Origin: an uncultured Schleiferiaceae bacterium
Lineage (GTDB): Bacteria > Bacteroidota > Bacteroidia > Flavobacteriales > Schleiferiaceae
Assembly (NCBI GenBank): GCA_965661055.1
Contig: CBFICS010000005.1
Span: 45,766 to 109,765, forward strand
DNA length: 64,000 nucleotides
Direction: 5' to 3'
Shown here: piece by piece, positions 19,288 through 27,237 of the stretch
Position numbering within the stretch: the first letter of the stretch is position 1
Layout of the letters: each line of letters begins with the position of its first letter
Position numbers and translations under genes: made by a program
The notes under the pieces: generated by a model
Database searches by the model: none
What the model was told of the DNA's origin: nothing
What the model saw: the letters and a program-made list of their open reading frames with translations, nothing else

Positions 19288-20589
19288 CTACTTGAGAAGA
19301 GCCTCAGCCAATTTTTGGGTGAGGCTTTTTCTTTCGTAGTCATGATGAGAAGACGACAAATATTGATTTCCTCCGTTTACAGAGTCTATTATCCAATTCT
19401 TTATTCCTTGCACGTTTGAATAATCAAACATCTCCCCTGCTTTTGTTTCGTGCAAAATAGCAGCAGCATCTCCATCCACTGGACCGAGACCTAACACGGG
19501 GGTTTGAGAACCTAAATATTCGAAGATTTTTCCGGTCAGTATTCCTTTGTTATTGGCAATGTTCGGTATGCCCAACAGCAAGGCATTACTCGTTCTCATG
19601 ATGGCTACAGCCTTTTTGTGATCAACGTGACCTTTGGTAACCACTTCTACAGGAAAATCGGTCTTCATTGACTCTAGGGTCTTTTCAAGAACCTCATCTC
19701 TTCTGCCTACAAATTGAACTTTTACACGGTTCGCTACGTCTTCAGGCAATTCACGCAATGCGGTAAAGAGCCCTTCTAAAGAATAATCTTTAGTAACCGT
19801 ACCTGTATAACTCATGGTCCACTTTTGCGAAGTAACCGCATCAAGATTTTCAGAAAAATCGTCAGCATCGTACCCATTGGGTAAAATCACAAATTTGCTT
19901 TCATGAATCTTTGCCGACTTCTCTTTAAAAAGCCTCACCAAATCTTTACTTACCGTACTTATGTAATCAGCCTTTTCAAAAACGGTTCGCTCAAGGCGGA
20001 GGTCATACTTACGTGCAAGCTGGGTCGGATAAAATTGGTTGTAGTAATAGATATCAGTCCATGGATCTCTTAAATCAGCCATCCATGCTATATCACGCCT
20101 TTTCTTGAGTTCTAGTCCAATCAACTGAGAAGAATGCGGCGGACTGGTTGTGATGACATGCTTTATGTTTTGTTTGTCAATAATCTCTAAGGCTTTTTTG
20201 ACCGCTCTTTTGTTCCATGCTCTTCTAGGGTCTGGAATGAAGAAATTACCGCGAATAAACTTAGCGAGTCTTTGTCTTGGCCCCGGTTTATCAGACTCAT
20301 TGGCAAATCCACTATACGGAACTTCGCTTCTACCGCTAGCTTTTTTATACAAGCTAAAAAGCTCTTTTGTTTCGGCATAATGAACTTCCATATCAGAAGT
20401 TTCAAGCGTCAAAGAATCATCTACAATGGGATAGGTTGCTGTTTTAGGGTCAACCGTAAGAATGATTGGGTCTAACCCAAATTCAGGAAGGTACTTGGCA
20501 AACTTCAACCAACGTTGTACCCCCGGCCCCCCTGCGGGGGGCCAGTAATACGTTATGATTAAAATTTTTTGATTTCCTGATTTCATCAA
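19288..20589 (-). CDS. Glycosyltransferase (GT4-like)
   Basis: N-terminus ILIITYYWPPAGGPGVQRWLKFAKYL and C-terminus GKIFEYLGSQTPVLGLGP, typical of a Bacteroidota GT-B family. Confidence 0.65.
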   Translation of the reverse strand: MMKSGNQKILIITYYWPPAGGPGVQRWLKFAKYLPEFGLDPIILTVDPKTATYPIVDDSLTLETSDMEVHYAETKELFSLYKKASGRSEVPYSGFANESDKPGPRQRLAKFIRGNFFIPDPRRAWNKRAVKKALEIIDKQNIKHVITTSPPHSSQLIGLELKKRRDIAWMADLRDPWTDIYYYNQFYPTQLARKYDLRLERTVFEKADYISTVSKDLVRLFKEKSAKIHESKFVILPNGYDADDFSENLDAVTSQKWTMSYTGTVTKDYSLEGLFTALRELPEDVANRVKVQFVGRRDEVLEKTLESMKTDFPVEVVTKGHVDHKKAVAIMRTSNALLLGIPNIANNKGILTGKIFEYLGSQTPVLGLGPVDGDAAAILHETKAGEMFDYSNVQGIKNWIIDSVNGGNQYLSSSHHDYERKSLTQKLAEALLK

Positions 20590-20605
20590 TGGTAAAGATA
20601 CACAT

Positions 20606-20618
20606 CCCGCGAAAGCGG
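20606..20618 (-). repeat. Copy 1 of the exact 13-mer mini-hairpin CCGCTTTCGCGGG (written on the minus strand)
   Basis: Plus strand reads CCCGCGAAAGCGG. Intergenic, 6 nt downstream of the DUF4834 stop. Confidence 0.9.
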
Positions 20619-20623
20619 AAAAA

Positions 20624-20824
20624 TTATTTTAAAGAGTCTTCTACCTCTTCAAACTCTACGTACTCACCTACGTTATCAGGAGTTTTACTTTTTGCCTTCT
20701 CTTTGTCGTATTTCATAGTAACATGATCAGATCCGCGACCAGCCGCTGCTCTCTGAGGAGTTACTAATTTTAATACGTAACGAATTACGGCATACGCCAC
20801 TAGGGCAATAATTAATATTCTCAT
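20624..20824 (-). CDS. DUF4834-like small membrane protein
   Basis: 66 aa with one N-terminal TM (MRILIIALVAYAVIRYVLKLV) and an acidic tail EYVEFEEVED. Its start overlaps the carB stop by 1 nt (TAATG). Confidence 0.6.
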   Translation of the reverse strand: MRILIIALVAYAVIRYVLKLVTPQRAAAGRGSDHVTMKYDKEKAKSKTPDNVGEYVEFEEVEDSLK

Positions 20825-23673
20825 TATTTACTTAAATACCAGTTTCTCTCTGCATATAACTTAGTAAATACAGGATCTTTCAAGTTCTTAATAAAGTGAA
20901 TTTTTTCACCCGTAGACTTCATCTCTGGCCCTAGGTTTTTATTCACATTAGGGAACTTATTGAAGGAGAATACAGGCATCTTGATAGCAAATCCGTCTAA
21001 CTGTGGATTAAATTCAAAATCACTTAGCTTCTTGGTACCTAACATTAATTTGGTCGCATAGTTCACGTAAGGTTCACCGTATGCTTTACAAATAAACGGA
21101 ACCGTTCTAGAAGCTCTCGGGTTTGCTTCAATGATGTATACAACGTCATTTTTCACCGCAAATTGGATGTTTAACAATCCGACGGTATTCGTTGCCTTAG
21201 CAATTTTATGCGTGTGCTCTTTGATTTGTTGCATCACCAATTCTCCTAAGTTAAAAGGAGGTAATGTTGCGTTAGAATCTCCAGAGTGAACTCCACAAGG
21301 CTCAATGTGCTCCATGATACCGATAATGTAAACATTTTCGCCATCAGAAATAGCATCTGCTTCCGCCTCAATAGCACCTTCTAAATAGTGGTCTAAAAGA
21401 ACTCTATTGTTAGGGAAATGGCGGAATAACTCTACTACGTGGTGTTCTAGTTCTTGCTTATTGATCACAATCTTCATGCCTTGGCCACCCAATACATAAG
21501 AAGGACGAACTAACATGGGGAAGCCTAAGTCATCAGCCTTGTCTAAAGCTTCATCTGCTGTGGTAACCACGTCAAACTTTGGATAAGGAATGTTTATTTC
21601 CTCTAATAAGCTTGAGAACCTTCCTCTATCTTCTGCAAGGTCAAGACTTTGGTAACTAGTTCCTAAAATTGGAATTCCAAATCTCTCTAATTTTTCAGCC
21701 AATTTAAGAGCGGTTTGCCCTCCTAATTGAACGATAACCCCTTTGGGTTTTTCATGCAAAATGATGTCGTAAATATGTTCCCAGAATACAGGTTCAAAGT
21801 ACAATTTATCGGCAGTGTCAAAGTCTGTTGAAACCGTTTCAGGATTACAGTTCATCATGATGGTTTCAAACCCTTCTTCTTTAGCTGCTAACACACCGTG
21901 AACACAACAGTAATCAAACTCAATTCCTTGACCAATTCGGTTAGGACCTGAACCTAATACGATTACTTTTTCTCTTTCAGTAACCTCACTTTCGTTTTCA
22001 GCAAAAGGCACACCGCCTTTTTCTTGTATATCTAATTCAAAGGTAGAATAGTAGTAAGGAGTTTGTGCAGGAAATTCTGCCGCACACGTATCAACTAGTT
22101 TCCAAACTCTATTGATGTTGTAAGAGGTTCTCTTTTCGTGGACTTCACTTTCAAGACAATGCATCATATGCGCAATTTGTCTATCGGCAAACCCTTTCAT
22201 TTTTGCATCTAAAAGAAGCTCTTGCGGAATGGTATCTATCGTGTGACCTTCAATGTCTTTTTGAATCAATGCTAGCTCTTCAAACTGCTTCAAGAACCAC
22301 ATATCTATCTTGGTGATATCGTGAATTCTTCTCAATGGAATTCCCAACTGAATAGCATCGTAAATCACAAAAACTCTATCCCAACTCGCTTTTTCAAGTT
22401 TTTCAAGGATAATATCTTGTTGAGTATAACCTTTACCATCAGCGCCCAGTCCGTTTCTCTTTATTTCAAGAGATTGAGCCGCTTTGTGAATGGCTTCTTG
22501 GAATGATCTTCCAATACCCATTACTTCACCCACCGATTTCATTTGAAGTCCTAGACGTCTGTCAGCACCTTCAAACTTATCAAAGTTCCAACGAGGAATT
22601 TTTACAATTACATAATCAAGCGTTGGCTCAAAATATGCCGTTGTAGTTTTAGTGATTTGGTTAAACAACTCATCAAGTGAATAACCGATAGCTAGTTTGG
22701 CAGCAATTTTTGCAATAGGGTATCCCGTAGCTTTTGAAGCCAAGGCTGAAGATCTACTTACCCTTGGGTTAATTTCAATCGCTACGATATCTTCTTTTTC
22801 ATCAGGACTTACCGCAAATTGAACGTTACATCCTCCCGCGAAATTACCGATAGAGCGCATCATATGGATGGCCATATCTCTCATTCGTTGGTAGGTTCTA
22901 TCAGAAAGGGTCATGGCCGGAGCAACAGTAATTGAATCACCGGTATGAATACCCATTGGGTCCATATTCTCAATAGAACAAATGATAATAACGTTGTCGT
23001 TCTTATCACGTAAAAGTTCTAATTCGTACTCTTTCCATCCTAAAAGGGCCTTGTCAATCATCACCTCATGAATGGGTGAAGCTTCAAGTCCTCGAGTTAA
23101 CGCATCATCGTATTCGTCTTTGTTGAATACAAAAGTTGCTCCGGTTCCCCCCAGGGTATAAGACGCTCTAACACAAAGTGGAAATCCAAATTCTTGAGCA
23201 ATCTCTTTTCCTTTTAGGTATGATTTAGCTGTTTGTGAAGGCGCCATTCCAACACCAATGCGCTCCATCAACAATCTAAACTCTTCACGGTCTTCTGTGA
23301 TATTAATGGCAGCGATATCAACCCCAACAATTTTTACACCGTGGTCTTCCCAAACACCTTGTTGGTCAGCCTCAATACACAAGTTTAATGCAGTTTGACC
23401 TCCCATAGTAGGAAGAACGGCATCAATATTACGTTCAGAAAGAATCTTTTTAATAGATTCTACTTCCAATGGAAGTAGATAAACGTGATCTGCAACTACA
23501 TTATCTGTCATAATGGTTGCTGGGTTAGAATTGATTAAAGTAACCTCTATCCCTTCATCACGAAGTGATCTTGACGCTTGTGATCCTGAATAATCAAATT
23601 CACAGGCTTGTCCAATAATAATAGGACCTGATCCAATAATTAAAACCGATTTGATACTGTTATCCTTTGGCAT
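20824..23673 (-). CDS. carB: Carbamoyl-phosphate synthase large subunit (short form, no C-terminal MGS-like allosteric domain)
   Basis: N-terminus SVLIIGSGPIIIGQACEFDYSGSQA. Two ATP-grasp halves (second: VIVLGSGPNRIGQGIEFDYCCVH). Ends about 25 aa after GPEMKSTGE. Confidence 0.95.
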   Translation of the reverse strand: MPKDNSIKSVLIIGSGPIIIGQACEFDYSGSQASRSLRDEGIEVTLINSNPATIMTDNVVADHVYLLPLEVESIKKILSERNIDAVLPTMGGQTALNLCIEADQQGVWEDHGVKIVGVDIAAINITEDREEFRLLMERIGVGMAPSQTAKSYLKGKEIAQEFGFPLCVRASYTLGGTGATFVFNKDEYDDALTRGLEASPIHEVMIDKALLGWKEYELELLRDKNDNVIIICSIENMDPMGIHTGDSITVAPAMTLSDRTYQRMRDMAIHMMRSIGNFAGGCNVQFAVSPDEKEDIVAIEINPRVSRSSALASKATGYPIAKIAAKLAIGYSLDELFNQITKTTTAYFEPTLDYVIVKIPRWNFDKFEGADRRLGLQMKSVGEVMGIGRSFQEAIHKAAQSLEIKRNGLGADGKGYTQQDIILEKLEKASWDRVFVIYDAIQLGIPLRRIHDITKIDMWFLKQFEELALIQKDIEGHTIDTIPQELLLDAKMKGFADRQIAHMMHCLESEVHEKRTSYNINRVWKLVDTCAAEFPAQTPYYYSTFELDIQEKGGVPFAENESEVTEREKVIVLGSGPNRIGQGIEFDYCCVHGVLAAKEEGFETIMMNCNPETVSTDFDTADKLYFEPVFWEHIYDIILHEKPKGVIVQLGGQTALKLAEKLERFGIPILGTSYQSLDLAEDRGRFSSLLEEINIPYPKFDVVTTADEALDKADDLGFPMLVRPSYVLGGQGMKIVINKQELEHHVVELFRHFPNNRVLLDHYLEGAIEAEADAISDGENVYIIGIMEHIEPCGVHSGDSNATLPPFNLGELVMQQIKEHTHKIAKATNTVGLLNIQFAVKNDVVYIIEANPRASRTVPFICKAYGEPYVNYATKLMLGTKKLSDFEFNPQLDGFAIKMPVFSFNKFPNVNKNLGPEMKSTGEKIHFIKNLKDPVFTKLYAERNWYLSK

Positions 23674-23720
23674 TTCGCGAGTTTTTTATCTTCCTAAAAA
23701 TTTTTCAAAAATATAAGCAT

Positions 23721-23756
23721 AAAAAAAAGGTGTTGACCAATGGCAACACCTTTTTT
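23721..23756 (-). terminator. Rho-independent terminator downstream of rpmH
   Basis: GGTGTTG / CAACACC stem flanked by A8 and T6 runs, 18 nt downstream of the rpmH stop. Confidence 0.7.
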
Positions 23757-23773
23757 ATATGAATGATAATTCA

Positions 23774-23932
23774 TTACCCTTTGTAGTTTCCTTCGTCAGA
23801 AACTGAAATCTTTTTTCTTCCTTTAGCACGACGAGATGCTAATACCTTACGGCCTCCTACGCTCTCCATACGTGAGCGAAATCCGTGCTTGTTTTTTCTC
23901 TTGCGATTCGATGGTTGAAATGTACGTTTCAT
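23774..23932 (-). CDS. rpmH: 50S ribosomal protein L34
   Basis: Translated by hand as [52 protein letters not shown]. Below the ORF-track length cut-off. Classic L34 N-terminus. Confidence 0.9.
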   Translation of the reverse strand: MKRTFQPSNRKRKNKHGFRSRMESVGGRKVLASRRAKGRKKISVSDEGNYKG

Positions 23933-23978
23933 CGTATATATTATTTAAGCCTTCTTCTCTGTTTTCTTTATCGGGGTG

Positions 23979-23986
23979 CAAATATA
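23979..23986 (-). promoter_or_regulatory. Candidate -7 box TATATTTG for rpmH
   Basis: Exact TAnnTTTG on the minus strand about 47 nt upstream of the rpmH ATG. Confidence 0.35.
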
Positions 23987-24135
23987 GGACGAAAATCTAT
24001 TTTCACAAACCTTTTGAATAAAGTTTTTTCTTTTTTTATCGGATTAAAGGTAAGGAAGGATTTCTAAATATAAAAATGGTTTGTAAACACTGACTTTATC
24101 ACTACTTTGGTTGACGTTAAAAACACTTTCGTGGG

Positions 24136-24933
24136 ATGAAATTAAACGATAAAATTATTTGGATTACGGGCGCTTCATCAGGAATAGGTGAAGCCTTGGC
24201 CAAAGAACTTTCTAACAGAGGAAACACTTTAATTTTATCTGCTAGAAGGGTAGAACTATTAGAAAAGGTGAAAAGAGAATGCGGAAATCCCGAGGAAATA
24301 ACTCACATTATCCCTCTAGACCTTGAACAGCGAGATTCTCTTTCTCCCCTCTATCAATCAGTGGTAAAGTCTATCGGTATTCCTGATGTCTTAATTAACA
24401 ATGCCGGTATAGGGCAACACGGTAAAATTATCGACATGCCCTTTGAGGTAGAAAAGAAAATAATGGATATTAACTTTTATGGTCAAATCCTTTTAACCAA
24501 AACTATACTTCCAGACTTTTTACAAAGGAAGTCTGGGGCCATTATTACCATAAGCAGCATTGTTGGCAAGTTCGGATCGCCTTACCTAGGCATTTACTCT
24601 GCTTCTAAACACGCGCTTCAAGGGTACTTTGAAAGTCTAAGAGAGGAAGTTTACGACCAGGGAATTGATGTACACCTAGTTTACCCCGGGTTTATAAATA
24701 CAGAAGTTACGCTCAACTCACTTACCACCGAAGGCAAACCACTAAAGAAAAACAGTAAAGCCCAAGAAAAGGGAATGTCACCATCTATTTTTGCCAAAAA
24801 GCTTAGGCAAAAAGTTGAAGCTGGAAAAAAATCATTCTTAATTGGAAAATGGGAAATCTATTCAGTTTACCTAAAAAGCGCGTTTCCTTCCATGTTTTTT
24901 TGGTTAATGAGAAAGATGAGTATGAAAAATTAG
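24136..24933 (+). CDS. SDR family oxidoreductase
   Basis: TGASSGIG cofactor motif and YSASK catalytic motif. Confidence 0.9.
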   Translation: MKLNDKIIWITGASSGIGEALAKELSNRGNTLILSARRVELLEKVKRECGNPEEITHIIPLDLEQRDSLSPLYQSVVKSIGIPDVLINNAGIGQHGKIIDMPFEVEKKIMDINFYGQILLTKTILPDFLQRKSGAIITISSIVGKFGSPYLGIYSASKHALQGYFESLREEVYDQGIDVHLVYPGFINTEVTLNSLTTEGKPLKKNSKAQEKGMSPSIFAKKLRQKVEAGKKSFLIGKWEIYSVYLKSAFPSMFFWLMRKMSMKN

Positions 24934-25493
24934 TGCAGCAAGCCCTCATTCCACCTTTGAGTGACTTCATTAAATAGGGCTATAGGACCTTTAGTTCGCC
25001 AGCCTTCAAATCCCATTAAGGGATTAAAATATGGCAGTAATCGATAATTTTCTAGCTCTTTATACACGTGAGGTAACCAGCCAATAGAAACAATAAAACC
25101 CTCTGAAATATTCTCGTACCACTCTTGATAATAATCAGGAATGTCTGCATGAAAGTTAAAAACGTTTTCACCAATTAGAATAAACTTATCAATTCCTTGA
25201 TGAATCATATCCTCAATTACATCCCTATACAATATCATACAGTCATTAGAAAGAAGGTCATTCCACTCTCCAACGAACTCTAAAATAGTAAACCCTGAAC
25301 TATAATCCGCATAGAGTTGTTTAATAAAAAGAGTTTCAGAACCAAAATCATCCCATTGAGGATGTATAACATGATCATAAATTGCGTGAGTATAGAATAC
25401 TTCACTATTTTCATATTCAAAAAAAGGAGATCTTTCATCCTGACAAGCTAGGTATTTTGATCGCCACAAGTAAAAAGGCTCTATTTCATGCAT
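24930..25493 (-). CDS. Hypothetical protein (acidic, aromatic-rich)
   Basis: 187-aa ORF from the ATG at 25493 (MHEIEPFYLW...). The track start at 25529 is a TTG that would overlap the divergent gene. I recognise no motif. Confidence 0.55.
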   Translation of the reverse strand: MHEIEPFYLWRSKYLACQDERSPFFEYENSEVFYTHAIYDHVIHPQWDDFGSETLFIKQLYADYSSGFTILEFVGEWNDLLSNDCMILYRDVIEDMIHQGIDKFILIGENVFNFHADIPDYYQEWYENISEGFIVSIGWLPHVYKELENYRLLPYFNPLMGFEGWRTKGPIALFNEVTQRWNEGLLH

Positions 25494-25515
25494 GTTAACT
25501 TGTATATAAATATTA

Positions 25516-26424
25516 ATGACTACACCCAAAAATATACTAATTACCGGAGGTACTGGATTAATTGGAAGATTGATTCAAGAGGAGGCAAAAAAAAGAGGAC
25601 ATTCCGTTAAGGTTTTAACCTCTACCAAAGAAAAGGCTAATCAAACCGACACATTTTATTGGAACATTGAAAAAAAATTCATTGATCCTTTAACCTTTAA
25701 AGGCATTGACACGGTAATTCACCTAGCTGGTGAACCACTTGCTAAAGGCCGTTGGACCCCTTATCAAAAACAGAAAATTTTTGACAGTAGATATTTGGGT
25801 ACAAAACTTCTAGTGGATCATATTATAAAAAACAACCATCCCGTTTCTACTTTCGTAGGAAGTTCTGCGGTGGGGTTTTACCCCGTAAATTCTGGAACAG
25901 AACACAAAGAGACGGACACACCAGGAAAGGGATTTTTATCTACTGTTTGCCAGCATTGGGAAAGACCTTACATGACACTTCAAGAATTCGGAGTTTCTAC
26001 CTCTTGGGTTAGAACGGGAATTGTTTTAAGCAGCCATGGAGGCGCTTTGGCTCCTTTAAAAACATCGGCGCAATTCGGGCTGGCTTCTGGTTTAGGAGAT
26101 GGTCAACAAATCTATTCATGGATCCATGAAAGGGACATTACAGGAATTTTTATTTTCCTAGCAGAAAATTCTTTAGAGGGACCATTTAACGGATCTTGCC
26201 CCAACCACCATTCTCAAATTGAAATCTCAAAAGCTCTGTGCAAGGTTTTAAAAAGGCCGTTTTTCTTGCCAAACGCCCCAAAATTTGCTTTAAAACTGCT
26301 TTTAGGTGATAAGGCAGAAATGGTTTTAGGGGGGCATTCAGTTTCTGCAAAAAAGATTATTGATGCAGGCTATACATTTGCATTCACAGAATTAAACGAG
26401 GCCCTTAGAGATTTAATAAAATAA
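25516..26424 (+). CDS. TIGR01777/YfcH-like NAD-dependent epimerase family protein (SDR39U1-like, DUF1731 C-terminus)
   Basis: Rossmann motif ILITGGTGLIGR and C-terminus SAKKIIDAGYTFAFTELNEALRDL. Confidence 0.75.
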   Translation: MTTPKNILITGGTGLIGRLIQEEAKKRGHSVKVLTSTKEKANQTDTFYWNIEKKFIDPLTFKGIDTVIHLAGEPLAKGRWTPYQKQKIFDSRYLGTKLLVDHIIKNNHPVSTFVGSSAVGFYPVNSGTEHKETDTPGKGFLSTVCQHWERPYMTLQEFGVSTSWVRTGIVLSSHGGALAPLKTSAQFGLASGLGDGQQIYSWIHERDITGIFIFLAENSLEGPFNGSCPNHHSQIEISKALCKVLKRPFFLPNAPKFALKLLLGDKAEMVLGGHSVSAKKIIDAGYTFAFTELNEALRDLIK

Positions 26425-26454
26425 AAAAGGAGCTAGATAATATCTAGCTCCTTT
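26423..26454. terminator. Hairpin terminator between convergent genes
   Basis: GGAGCTAGAT / ATCTAGCTCC inverted repeat. The T-run lies on the minus-strand side, so it is stronger for the YceI gene. Confidence 0.6.
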
Positions 26455-26494
26455 AAAGCAATCTACAGGTTCTTTTCAGAACCAAACTAAGCAA

Positions 26495-27169
26495 TTATTT
26501 TCTAGCTGCAGTAAGATTAACTGTCAACAAAATATTGTCATCGATAAGGTTGTCTTTTGCAATCCCTTCAATTCCAGTAGAACCGTACATTACGTTCCAG
26601 TTCTTTCTATCAATACTGAATTCAGGTGCCTGGAAAGAAACCATTTCTGGAGTAACTTCTACAGTAGCTGGAAAAGAAATATTTTTAGTTAGTCCTCTCA
26701 TAGTAAGGTTTCCTGATACCTTGTGAGAAGTCCCTTTTTCCTCGTTGTTCTCAGCAGTTACTTCAGTAATTTCAAACATTGCTTGAGGGTGATTAGCTAC
26801 ATCAAAGAAGTCAGCACTTTTCAAGTGACCTACTAATTTTTCTTGGTTGTAATCTCCTTCAACCGGTAAGTCTTCATTATGAATAGAGTTCATATCGATT
26901 GAAAACTTTCCACCTTCTAATGCTTCACCTCTTACAAACAGTCTTCCATCAGTAATGGTAATAGTACCGTTGTGTCTTCCTGAGCCAAAAGTTTTAAAAC
27001 CAACCCAAGTAATTGTGTTGTCACCATTTTCAACTGAGTAAGCATCAGCTTTGTCTTGTTTTACAACTTCTTTTGCATCAGTTGTTTCTACTGTTTCTTC
27101 AGGGGCAGAACTACATGCTACGATTGATGCAGCAAAAAGTCCTAAAAAGATGTTTCTTGTAATTTTCAT
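26495..27169 (-). CDS. YceI family lipoprotein
   Basis: Lipobox IVAC after the ATG at 27169. YceI-like segments ITWVGFKTFGSGRHNGT...LKSADFFDV...FEIT...G.LTMRG. Confidence 0.8.
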   Translation of the reverse strand: MKITRNIFLGLFAASIVACSSAPEETVETTDAKEVVKQDKADAYSVENGDNTITWVGFKTFGSGRHNGTITITDGRLFVRGEALEGGKFSIDMNSIHNEDLPVEGDYNQEKLVGHLKSADFFDVANHPQAMFEITEVTAENNEEKGTSHKVSGNLTMRGLTKNISFPATVEVTPEMVSFQAPEFSIDRKNWNVMYGSTGIEGIAKDNLIDDNILLTVNLTAARK

Positions 27170-27237
27170 TTTTCTTTGTTTGATTGAACAGGACAAACAT
27201 AAAGATAAATGTTATAACATCAAAATTATTACATTAT

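Noticed and set aside
20521-20545. The GC palindrome in the GT gene as a terminator for the upstream DUF4834/carB operon
   Set aside because: It lies 45 nt inside the GT coding sequence and has no U-run, so it is reported only as an intragenic structure.
23836-24067. Track ORFs 23836..24021 and 23885..24067
   Set aside because: They lie antisense to, or overlap, the hand-identified rpmH gene and its promoter region. Their products are hydrophobic nonsense-like.
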